Part shown: positions 11,513-24,700 of the stretch, one piece after another
How the letters are laid out: each line of letters begins with the position of its first letter
Numbering within the stretch: position 1 is the first letter of the stretch
Source of the DNA: Antedon mediterranea
Lineage: Eukaryota > Animalia > Echinodermata
Length of the DNA: 64,000 nucleotides
NCBI RefSeq assembly: GCF_964355755.1
Contig: NC_092677.1
Location: 22,059,175-22,123,174, forward strand
Direction of reading: 5' to 3'
Translations under genes and position numbers: made by a program
Notes under the pieces: model-generated
What the model was told of the DNA's origin: nothing
Databases searched by the model: none
The model's input: the letters and a program-made list of their open reading frames with translations, nothing else

Positions 11513-12769
11513 ATTTAGGGGCTCCACTTCCGAGAATATATTGGTAAAATCCGGGGTTCCTCAGGGATCAGTGATTGGGCCAATCCTCTTTAATCTCTTT
11601 GTATCCGATCTCCCCTCCTGCATTGAATCACAGATACAACAATATGCTGATGATACTCTCATATACAGAGCCATCAGAAACAAAAACAAAGATAAAGATA
11701 ACCATAATGATAATGATGAAATGAGCTTGCAGTCGGATCTTCATGCTATTAACAACTGGTGTGTGACGAACAAAATGCTACTAAATACTGACAAATGTTT
11801 TGTAATGCACATAACTAGATCTAACAGTCGCCTTGAACAAGCATGTGATTATTTTATTGGAGATGATAGATTGCCCGTTACGAATTCCATTAAATATCTT
11901 GGAATTCACCTGAATCGCAAACTCACTTGGGCTGATCATGTCCAATATGTTAAATCCAAATCTAATCGCATGTTTGGTTTTGTGAGACGTATTGTCAAAT
12001 GTCGTGATAAAGCTATTATATTGCGACTATATATATCGTTAGTTAGACCATATATTGATTACGGTTTACCTGCCTGGATCCCCTTTCTTAAAAAAGACAT
12101 CGCTGCTCTTGAAGCTGTCCAAAGGAGGGTCACCCGCACATGCTTCCCAAGATCAGCCAGTCTCCCTTACCCTGAACGTTTGAAACGCCTTAATCTGATG
12201 TCCATTAACAATCGCATTAGGTATTTATGTATTAATTTTGTTACCAAATGTATGTACAAATTATATGATGTTAATGTTTTTAAATATTTATCTATTAATT
12301 GCAGACATGTTAATAACCTTAAGTTACGCAATAATTTTATAGCCCGGACTGATTTATTTCATAACTCTGTCTTTAATTTTTTTGTTAGACATTTTAGAGA
12401 TCTGCCTGCGGATCTCTGCGACCAACTTTTAATTAATATAAACTGTTTTAAGCATAGCCTTAAGAAATATTTTAGCAATCTGTTTTAATCTGAACATATG
12501 TATATTTTAAAGATATTTTCTTAATTCTATCTTTTTAAATTTACAATTTTTTATAAAAACACATTGCTGAATTTTATAGTTTTATCTAAATTTTAATAGA
12601 ATCCATGTATTATTCATTTTATGTAAGTATTTCGATGTGGAGAGCCTCTCGACGGTTATTTTTATTTGTAACTTTTAGGTTATCCGGCCTCATTGACTTA
12701 CTTTTGTATTGTTTTTTTGTACTGTTCTGTATATTGGCGAAATAAATGATATGATATATGATATATGAT
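11513..12769 (+). mobile_element. 5'-truncated non-LTR retrotransposon (CR1 group LINE), copy 1
   Basis: Contains the RT C-terminal half, an AT-rich 3' UTR, AATAAA at 12741 and a TGATA(TA) repeat tail. ACCCC is duplicated at 11508-11512 and 12770-12774 relative to empty sites such as ~16270. Confidence 0.92.
11541..12488 (+). pseudogene. Truncated ORF2 reverse transcriptase (RT C-terminal part plus CR1-type C-terminal domain)
   Basis: Motifs SGVPQGSVIGP, YADD, KYLG, LYISLVRP, LEAVQRRVTR and YPERL. The frame is open back to the truncation point (11514). The annotated start is TTG, and the endonuclease and early RT domains are missing. Confidence 0.9.
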
Positions 12770-15700
12770 ACCCCGTATTTACGTACAGACATCGACCTAG
12801 TTTTTACGTACATACATCGACTCCGTTTAACGTACCAACATCGACCCCGTTTTTACGTACAGACATCGACTCCGTTTTTATGTAAAGATATCGACACCGA
12901 TTTTACGCAAAGACAACGATCCCGATTTCACGTACAGACATCGACCCCAATTTTACGTACAGTCATCGACCCCGTTTTTACGTACAGACATCAACCTCGA
13001 TTTTACGTACAAACATTGACCCCGATTTTACGTACATACATCGACCCCGATTTTACATACATACATCGACACCTATTTTACATACAGACAACGACCCCGA
13101 TTTTACGTACAGACATTGACCTAGTTTTGACGTACAGATATCTACCCCGTTTTGACGTACAGACATCGACACCAATTTTACGCAAAGACAACGACCCCGA
13201 TTTCACGAATAGACATCGATCCCGTATTTACGTACAGACATCGATCCCGTATTTACTTACAGACATCGACCTTGTTTCTACGTACAAACATCGACCCCGA
13301 TTTAACGTACATATATCGATCTCGATTTTACGTACATACATCGACTCCGATTTTACATACTGTACATACATTGACCCGATTTTACGTACAGTCATCGACT
13401 CCTATTTTACATACAGACATCGACCTCTTTTTACGTAAAGACATCGACCCCCTTATTACATACAGATATCGACTCCGCTTTTACGTACAGACATCGACCT
13501 AGTTTTTACGTACCGACATCGACCCTGATTTTACATACAGACATCGACCTAGTTTTGACATACCGACATCAACCTCGATTTTACGTACAGACATTGACCC
13601 TGATTTTACGTACATACATCAACCTCAATTTTAGGTACAGACATCGACCCCGATTTTACGTACAGACGTCGACCTAGTTTTGACGTACAGACATCGACCC
13701 CGATTTCACGAACAGACATCGATCCCCTATTTAACTACAGACATCGATCTCGTATTTATGTACAGATATCGACCCCGTTTTTACGTATAGACATCGACCC
13801 TGATTTTACGTACATACATCGATCCTGATTTTACGTACATACGTCGATCCCTATTTTACGTACAGAAATCGACTCCGTTTAACGTACCGACATTGACGCG
13901 GATTTTATATACAGACATCGACCTAGTTTTTACGTACAGACATCCACCTAGTTTTTACGTACAGACATCGGCCTAGTTTTTACTTACAGACCTCGACATA
14001 GTTTTTACGTACCGACATCGACCTCGATTTTACGTACAGACATCGACCCCGATTTTACGTACAGACATCGACCTAGTTTTGACGTACAGAAATCGACCGC
14101 TTTCTGACGTACAGACATCGACACCGATTTTACATAAAGACATCGACCCCGATTTCACGTACAGACATCGACCACGTTTTTACGTACTGACATCGACCCC
14201 GATTTAACATAGAGACATCGATCCCGATTTTAAGTACATACATCGACTCCGTTTAACGTACATACATCGACCCCGACTTTACGTCCACACATCGACCCAG
14301 TTTTTACGTACAGACAGCGACACCGTTTGACGTACCGACATCAACCTCGATTTTACGTACAGACATCGACCCCGATTTTACGTACAGACATCGACCCCGA
14401 ATTTACGTACATACATTGACCTCGAATTTACGTACATGCATCGACCCTGATTTTACGTACAGACATCGACCCCAAGTTTATGTACAGACATCGACCTAGT
14501 TTTTACGTACAGACATCGACTCTGTTTTTACGTACAGATATCGACCTAATTTTTACGTACCGACATCGACCTCGATTTTACGTACAGACATTGACCCCGT
14601 TTTTACATAGAGACATCGACCCCGATTTTACGTACAGAAATCAACCCTGTTTTTACGTACAGACATCGACCTAGTTTTTACGTACCGACATCGACCTCGA
14701 TTTTACGTACAGACATCGACCCCGACTTTACGTACAGACATCGACCTAGTTTTGACGTACAGAAATCGACCGCTTTCTGACGTACAGACATCAACACCGA
14801 TTTTACATAAAGACATCGACCCCGATTTTACGTACAGACATCGACCACGTTTTTACGTACTGACATCGACCCCAATTTGCCATAGAGACATCGATCCCGA
14901 TTTTAAGTACATACATCGACTCCGTTTAACGTACATACATCGACTCCGACTTTACTTCCACACATCGAACCAGTTTTGACGTACAGACAGCGACACCGTT
15001 TGACGTACCGACATCAACCTCGATTTTACGTACAGACATCGACCCCGATTTTACATACATACAGCGACACCGTTTGACGTACCGACAACAACCTCGATTT
15101 TACATACAGACATCGACCCCGATTTTACGTACATACATCGACCCCGATTTTACGTACAGACATTGACATCGATTTTACGTACATGCATCGACCCTGATTT
15201 TACATACAGTCATCGAACCCGATTTTATATACAGACATCGACCCCGATTTTACGTACATACATTGACCTCGAATTTACGTACATGCATCGACCCTGATTT
15301 TACGTACAGATATCGACCTCGATTTTACGTACAGTCATCGACCCCAAGTTTATGTACAGACATCGACCTAGTTTTTACGTACAGACATCGACTCTGTTTT
15401 TACGTACAGATATCGACCTAATTTTTACGTACCGACATCGACCTCGATTTTACGTACAGACATCGACCCTGATTTTACGTACAGACATCAACCTAGTTTT
15501 GACGTACAGACATCGACACAGATTTTACGCAAAGATATCGACCCCAATTCATGTACAGACATCGACCTAGTTTTTACGTACAGACATCGACACAGTTTTT
15601 ACGTAGAGACAGCGACACCGTTTTACGTACCGATTACGACCCCGATTTTACGTACAGAAATCGAAATAGTTTTTAGGTACAGACATCGACACCGATTTTA

Positions 15701-18700
15701 CGTACAGACATCGACCCCGATTTTACGTACAGACATCAACCTCCCTAGTTTTTACATACAAACATCGACCCTGATTTTACATACAGGCATCGACCTAGTT
15801 TTGACGTACAGACATCGACCCCGTTTTTACATACACATAATACATCGACGTCGATTTTACGTATAGACATCGACCCCGATTTTACGTGCAGACATCGAAC
15901 CCGTTTTTACATACAGGTATCGACAATGATTTTACGTACAGACATCGACCTAGTTTTGAACTACAGACATCGACCACGTTTTTACGTAAAGACATCGACC
16001 CTGATTTTACGTACAGACATGTACCTCGATTTTACGTACATAAATCGACCACAAATCAACGTAGAGACATCAACCCCAATTTTACGTACAGACATCAACA
16101 ATGATTTTACGTACAGAAATCGACCTTGTTTTGACGTACATACATCGACCTAGTTTTTACGTACAGACATCGACCCCGTTCTTACATACAGACATATATC
16201 TAGTTTTTTACGTACAGAGATCGACCTAGTTTTTACGCAAGACATCGACCCCGATTTAACGTACAGACATCGACCCCGTATTTACGTACAGACATCGACC
16301 TAGTTTTTACGTACATAGATCGACTCCGTTTAACGTACCAACATCGACCCCGTTTTTACGTACATACATCGACTCCGTTTTTATGTAAAGATATCGACAC
16401 CGATTTTACGCAAAGACAACGATCCCGATTTCACGTACAGACATCGACCCCAATTTTACGTACAGTCATCGACCCCGTTTTTACGTACATACATCAACCT
16501 CGATTTTACGTACAAACAATGACCCCGATTTTACGTACATACATCGACCCCGATTTTACATACATACATCGACACCGATTTTACATACAGACAACGACCC
16601 CGATTTTACGTACAGACATTGACCTAGTTTTGACGTACAGATATCTACCCCGTTTTGACGTACAGACATCGACACCAATTTTACGCAAAGACAACCACCC
16701 CGATTTCACGAATAGACATCGATCCCGTATTTACGTACAGACATCGATCCCGTATTTACTTACAGACATCTACCTTGTTTCTACGTACAAACATCGACCC
16801 CGATTTAACGTACATATATCGACCTAGTTTTTACGTACCGACATCGACCCTGATTTTACATACAGACATCGACCTAGTTTTGACATACCGACATCAACCT
16901 CGATTTTACATACAGACATCGACCCCGATTTTACATACATACAGCGACACCGTTTGACGTACCGACAACAACCTCGATTTTACATACAGACATCGACCCC
17001 GATTTTACGTACATACATCGACCCCGATTTTACGTACAGACATTGACATCGATTTTACGTACATGCATCGACCCTGATTTTACATACAGTCATCGAACCC
17101 GATTTTATATACAGACATCGACCCCGATTTCACGTACATACATTGACCTCGAATTTACGTACATGCATCGACCCTGATTTTACGTACAGACATCGACCTC
17201 AATTTTACGTACAGTCATCGACCCCAAGTTTATGTACAGATATCGACCTAGTTTTTACGTACAGACATCGACTCTGTTTTTACGTACAGATATCGACCTA
17301 ATTTTTACGTACCGACATCGACCTCGATTTTACGTACAGACATCGACCCTGATTTTACGTACAGACATCAACCTAGTTTTGACGTACAGACATCGACACA
17401 GATTTTACGCAAAGATATCGACCCCAATTCACGTACAGACATCGACCTAGTTTTTACGTACAGACATCGACACAGTTTTTACGTAGAGACAGCGACACCG
17501 TTTTACGTACTGATTACGACCCCGATTTTACGTACAGAAATCGAAATAGTTTTTAGGTACAGACATCGACACCGATTTTACGTACAGACATCGACCCCGA
17601 TTTTACGTACAGACATCAACCTCCCTAGTTTTTACATACAAACATCGACCCTGATTTTACATACAGGCATCGACCTAGTTTTGACGTACAGACATCGACC
17701 CCGTTTTTACATACACATAATACATCGACGTCGATTTTACGTATAGACATCGACCCCGATTTTACGTGCAGACATCGAACCCGTTTTTACATACAGGTAT
17801 CGACAATGATTTTACGTACAGACATCGACCTAGTTTTGAACTACAGACATCGACCACGTTTTTACGTAAAGACATCGACCCTGATTTTACGTACAGACAT
17901 GTACCTCAATTTTACGTACATAAATCGACCACAAATCAACGTAGAGACATCAACCCCAATTTTACGTACAGACATCGACAATGATTTTACGTACAGAAAT
18001 CGACCTTGTTTTGACGTACATACATCGACCTAGTTTTCACGTACAGACATCGACCCCGTTCTTACATACAGACATATATCTAGTTTTTTACGTACAGAGA
18101 TCGACCTAGTTTTTACGCAAGACATCGACCCCGATTTAACGTACAGACATCGACCCCGTATTTACGTACTGACATCGACCTAGTTTTTACGTACATAGAT
18201 CGACTCCGTTTAACGTACCAACATCGACCCCGTTTTTACGTACATACATCGACTCCGTTTTTATGTAAAGATATCGACACCAATTTTACGCAAAGACAAC
18301 GATCCCGATTTCACGTACAGACATCGACCCCAATTTTACGTACAGTCATCGACCCCGTTTTTACGTACATACATCAACCTCGATTTTACGTACAAACATT
18401 GACCCCGATTTTACGTACATACATCGACCCCGATTTTACATACATACATCGACACCGATTTTACATACAGACAACGACCCCGATTTTACGTACAGACATT
18501 GACCTAGTTTTGAGGTACAGATATCTACCCCGTTTTGACGTACAGATATCGACACCAATTTTACGCAAAGACAACCACCCCGATTTCACGAATAGACATC
18601 GATCCCGTATTTACGTACAGACATCGATCCCGTATTTACTTACAGACATCTACCTTGTTTCTACGTACAAACATCGACCCCGATTTAACGTACATATATC

Positions 18701-21700
18701 GATCTCGATTATACGTACATACATCGACTCCGATTTTACATACTGTACATACATTGACCCGATTTTACGTACAGTCATCGACTCCTATTTTACGTACAGA
18801 CATCGACCTCTTTTTACGTAAAGACATCGACCCCCTTATTACATACAGATATCGACTCCGCTTTTACGTACAGACATCGACCTAGTTTTTACGTACCGAC
18901 ATCGACCCTGATTTTACATACAGACATCGACCTAGTTTTGACATACCGACATCAACCTCGATTTTACGTACAGACATTGACCCTGATTTTACGTACATAC
19001 ATCGACCTCGATTTTAGGTACAGACATCGACATCGATTTTACGTACAGACGTCGACCTAGTTTTGACGTACAGACATTGACCCCGATTTCACGAACAGAC
19101 ATCGATCCCCTATTTACGTACAGACATCGATCTCGTATTTATGTACAGATATCGACGCCGTTTTTACGTACAGACATCGACCCTGATTTTACGTACATAC
19201 ATCGATCCCGATTTCACGTACATACGTCGATCCCTATTTTACGTACAGAAATCGACTCCGTTTAACGTACCGACATTGACGCGGATTTTATATACAGACA
19301 TCGACCTAGTTTTTACGTACAGACATCCACCTAGTTTTTAAGTACAGCCATCGGCCTAGTTTTTACTTACAGACCTCGACATAGTTTTTATGCAATGACA
19401 GCGACACCGACTTTACGTACAGATATGGACCCCGATTTTACGTACATACATCGACCCAGTTTTTACGTACAGACATCGACCACGCTTTTACGTACAGACA
19501 TCGACCCCGTTTTTACGTGCAGACATCGATCCCGTTTTGACGTACAGACATCGACCTAGTTTTGAACTACAGACATCGACATCGATCCTGATTTTACGTA
19601 TAGACATGTACCCCGATTTTACATACATACATCGACCCCGATTTTACGTACATACATTGACCCCGATTTTAGGTACAGACATCGACCCCGATTTTACGTA
19701 CATACATCGACCCCGATTTTAAGTAAGGTCATCGACCCAGTTTTTACGTACAGACATTAACCTCGATTTTACGTACATACATCGACACCAATTTGACATA
19801 CAGACATCGACCCCGATTTTAGGTACAGACATCGACCCCGATTTTAGGTACAGACATCGACTTAGTTTTTACGTACAGCATCGATTCTGATTTTACATAC
19901 ATTCATCGACCTAGTTTTGACGTACAGACATCGACCCCGATTTTACGTACAGACATCGACCTAGTTTTTACGTACCGACATCGACCTCGATTTTACGTGC
20001 AGACATCGACCCCGATTTTACGTACAGACATTGAACTAGCTTTGAACTACAGACATCGACTGCCTTTTTACGTACATACATCGACCTCGATTTGACGTAC
20101 AGATATCCACCCAGTTTTTTTGTACAGACATCGACCTCATTTTTACGTACAGACATCGACCTAGTTTTGAACTACAGACATCGACTCCGTTTTTACGTAC
20201 AGACATCGACCCATATTTATTAACAGACATCGACCTAGTTTTTACGTACAGACATCGACCCCGATTTTACATACAGACATCGACCCCGATTTTACGTACA
20301 GACATCGACCTAGTTTTGACGTACAGAAATCGACCGCTTTCTGACGTACAGACATCGACACCGATTTTACATAAAGACATCGACCCCGATTTCACGTACA
20401 GACATCGACCACGTTTTTACGTACTGACATCGACCCCGATTTAACATAGAGACACCGATCCCGATTTTAAGTACATACATCGACTCCGTTTAACGTACAT
20501 ACATCGACCCCGACTTTACGTCCACACATCGACCCAGTTTTTACGTACAGACAGCGACACCGTTTGACGTACCGACATCAACCTCGATTTTACGTACAGA
20601 CATAGACCCCGATTTTACGTACATACAGCGACACCGTTTGACGGACCGACAACAACCTCGATTTTACATACAGACATCGACCCCGATTTTACGTACATAC
20701 ATCGACCCCGATTTTACGTACAGACATTGACCTCGATTTTACGTACATGCATCGACCCTGATTTTACATACAGTCATCGAACCCGATTTTATATACAGAC
20801 ATCGACCCCGATTTTACGTATATACATTGACCTCGAATTTACGTACATGCATCGACCCTGCTTTTACGTACAGACATCGACCTCGATTTTACGTACAGTC
20901 ATCGACCCCAAGTTTATGTACAGACATCGACCTAGTTTTTACGTACAGACATCGACTCTGTTTTTACGTACAGATATCGACCTAATTTTTACGTACCGAC
21001 ATCGACCTCGATTTTACGTACAGACATCGACCCTGATTTTACGTACAGACATCAACCTAGTTTTGACGTACAGACATCGACACAGATTTTACGCAAAGAC
21101 ATCGACCCCGATTTCACGTACAGACATCGACCTAGTTTTTACGTACAGACATCGACACCGTTTTACGTACCGATTACGACCCCGATTTTACGTACAGAAA
21201 TCGAAATAGTTTTTAGGTACAGACATCGACACCGATTTTACGTACAGACATCGACCCCAATTTTACGTACAGACATCAACCTCCCTAGTTTTTACATACA
21301 AACATCGACCCTGATTTTACATACAGGCATCGACCTAGTTTTGACGTACAGACATCGACCCCGTTTTTACATACACATAATACATCGACCTCGATTTTAC
21401 GTATAGACATCGACCCCGATTTTAAGTGCAGACATCGAACCCGTTTTACGTACAGTTATCGACAATGATTTTACGTACAGACATCGACCTAGTTTTGAAC
21501 TACAGACATCGACCACGTTTTTACGTACAGACATCGACCCTGATTTTACGTACAGACATGTACCTCGATTTTACGTACATAAATTGACCACAAATCAACG
21601 TAGAGACATCGACCCCAATTTTACGTACAGACATCGACAATTATTTTACGTACAGAAATCGACCTTGTTTTGACGTACATACATCGACCTAGTTTTCACG

Positions 21701-24700
21701 TACAGACATCGACCCCGTTTTTACATACAGACATATATCTAGTTTTTTACGTACAGAGATCGACCTAGTTTTTACGCAAGACATCGACCCCGATTTAACG
21801 TACAGACATCGACCCCGTATTTACGTACAGACATCGACCTAGTTTTTACGTACATACATCGACTCCGTTTAACGTACCAACATCGACCCCGTTTTTACGT
21901 ACAGACATCGACTCCGTTTTTATGTAAAGATATCGACACCGATTTACGCAAAGACAACGATCCCGATTTCACGTACAGACATCGACCCCAATTTTACGTA
22001 CAGTAATCGACCCCGTTTTTACGTACAGACATCAACCTCGATTTTACGTACAAACATTGACCCCGAATTTACGTACATACATCGACCCCGATTTTACATA
22101 CATACATCGACACCTATTTTACATACAGACAACGACCCCGATTTTACGTACAGACATTGACCTAGTTTTGACGTACAGATATCTACCCCGTTTTGACGTA
22201 CAGACATCGACACCAATTTTACGCAAAGACAACGACCCCGATTTCACGAATAGACATCGATCCCGTATTTACGTACAGACATCGATCCCGTATTTACTTA
22301 CAGACATCGACCTTGTTTCTACGTACAAACATCGACCCCGATTTAACGTACATATATCGATCTCGATTTTACGTACATAAGTACATACATCGACTCCGAT
22401 TTTACATACTGTACATACATTGACCCGATTTTACGTACAGTCATCGACTCCTATTTTACGTACAGACATCGACCTCTTTTTACGTAAAGACATCGACCCC
22501 CTTATTACATACAGATATCGACTCCGCTTTTACGTACAGACATCGACCTAGTTTTTAGGTACAGACATCGACCCCGATTTTACGTACAGACGTCGACCTA
22601 GTTTTGACGTACAGACATCGACCCCGATTTCACGAACAGACATCGATCCCCTATTTACGTACAGACATCGATCTCGTATTTATGTACAGATATCGACCCC
22701 GTTTTTACGTACAGACATCGACCCTGATTTTACGTACATACATCGATCCCGATTTCACGTACATACGTCGATCCCTATTTTACGTACAGAAATCGACTCC
22801 GTTTAACGTACCGACATTGACGCGGATTTTATATACAGACATCGACCTAGTTTTTACGTACAGACATCCACCTAGTTTTTACGTACAGACATCGGCCTAG
22901 TTTTTACTTACAGACCTCGACATAGTTTTTATGCAATGACAGCGACCCCGACTTTACGTACAGATATGGACCCCGATTTTACGTACAGACATCGACCCAG
23001 TTTTTACGTACAGACATCGACCACGTTTTTACGTACAGACATCGACCCCGTTTTTACGTGCAGACATCGATCCCGTTTTGACGTACAGACATCGACCTAG
23101 TTTTGAACTACAGACATCGACATCGATCCTGATTTTACGTATAGACATCGACACCAATTTGACATACAGACATCGACCCCGATTTTACGTACAGACATCG
23201 ACCCCGATTTTAGGTACAGACATCGACTTAGTTTTTACGTACAGCATCGATTCTGATTTTACATACATTCATCATCCTAGTTTTGACGTACAGACATCGA
23301 CCCCGATTTTACGTACAGACATCGACCTAGTTTTTACGTACCGACATCGACCTCGATTTTACGTGCAGACATCGACCCCGATTTTACGTACAGACATCGA
23401 ACTAGCTTTGAACTACAGACATCGACTGCCTTTTTACGTACATACATCGACCCCGATTTGACGTACAGATATCGACCCAGTTTTTTCGTACAGACATCGA
23501 CCTCATTTTTACGTACAGACATCGACCTAGTTTTGAACTACAGACATCGACTCCGTTTTTACGTACAGACATCGACCCTGATTTTACATACAGAAATGTA
23601 CCCCGATTTTACGTACAGACATCGACCCCGATTTTACGTATAGACATCGACCTTGATTTGACATACCGACATCAACCTCGATTTTACGTACAGACATTGA
23701 CCCTGATTTTACGTACATACATCGACCTCGATTTTAGGTACAGACATCGACCCCGATTTTACGTACAGACGTCGACCTAGTTTTGACGTACAGACATCGA
23801 CCCCGATTTCACGAACAGACATCGATCCCCTATTTACGTACAGACATCGATCTCGTATTTATGTACAGATATCGACCCCGTTTTTACGTACAGACATCGA
23901 CCCTGATTTTACGTACATACATCGATCCCGATTTTACGTACATACGTCGATCCCTATTTTACGTACAGAAATCGACTCCGTTTAACGTACCGACATTGAC
24001 GCGGATTTTATATACAGACATCGACCTAGTTTTTACGTACAGACATCCACCTAGTTTTTACGTACAGACATCGGCCTAGTTTTTACTTACAGACCTCGAC
24101 ATAGTTTTTATGCAATGACAGCGACCCCGACTTTACGTACAGATATGGACCCCGATTTTACGTACAGACATCGACCCAGTTTTTACGTACAGACATCGAC
24201 CACGTTTTTACGTACAGACATCGACCCCGTTTTTACGTGCAGACATCGATCCCGTTTTGACGTACAGACATCGACCTAGTTTTGAACTACAGACATCGAC
24301 ATCGATCCTGATTTTACGTATAGACATCGACACCAATTTGACATACAGACATCGACCCCGATTTTACGTACAGACATCGACCCCGATTTTAGGTACAGAC
24401 ATCGACTTAGTTTTTACGTACAGCATCGATTCTGATTTTACATACATTCATCATCCTAGTTTTGACGTACAGACATCGACCCCGATTTTACGTACAGACA
24501 TCGACCTAGTTTTTACGTACCGACATCGACCTCGATTTTACGTGCAGACATCGACCCCGATTTTACGTACAGACATCGAACTAGCTTTGAACTACAGACA
24601 TCGACTGCCTTTTTACGTACATACATCGACCCCGATTTGACGTACAGATATCGACCCAGTTTTTTCGTACAGACATCGACCTCATTTTTACGTACAGACA

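Noticed and set aside
11514-11521. TTTAGGG telomere-like motif at the LINE 5' end
   Set aside because: It is a single copy and part of the RT reading frame (F-R-G).
11541-12488. Domesticated RT gene, retron or DGR-type system acting on the repeats
   Set aside because: The motifs are those of a CR1-group LINE. It is truncated mid-domain, has no ATG at the start of the frame, and has a TSD and matching empty sites, so it is a passive insertion.
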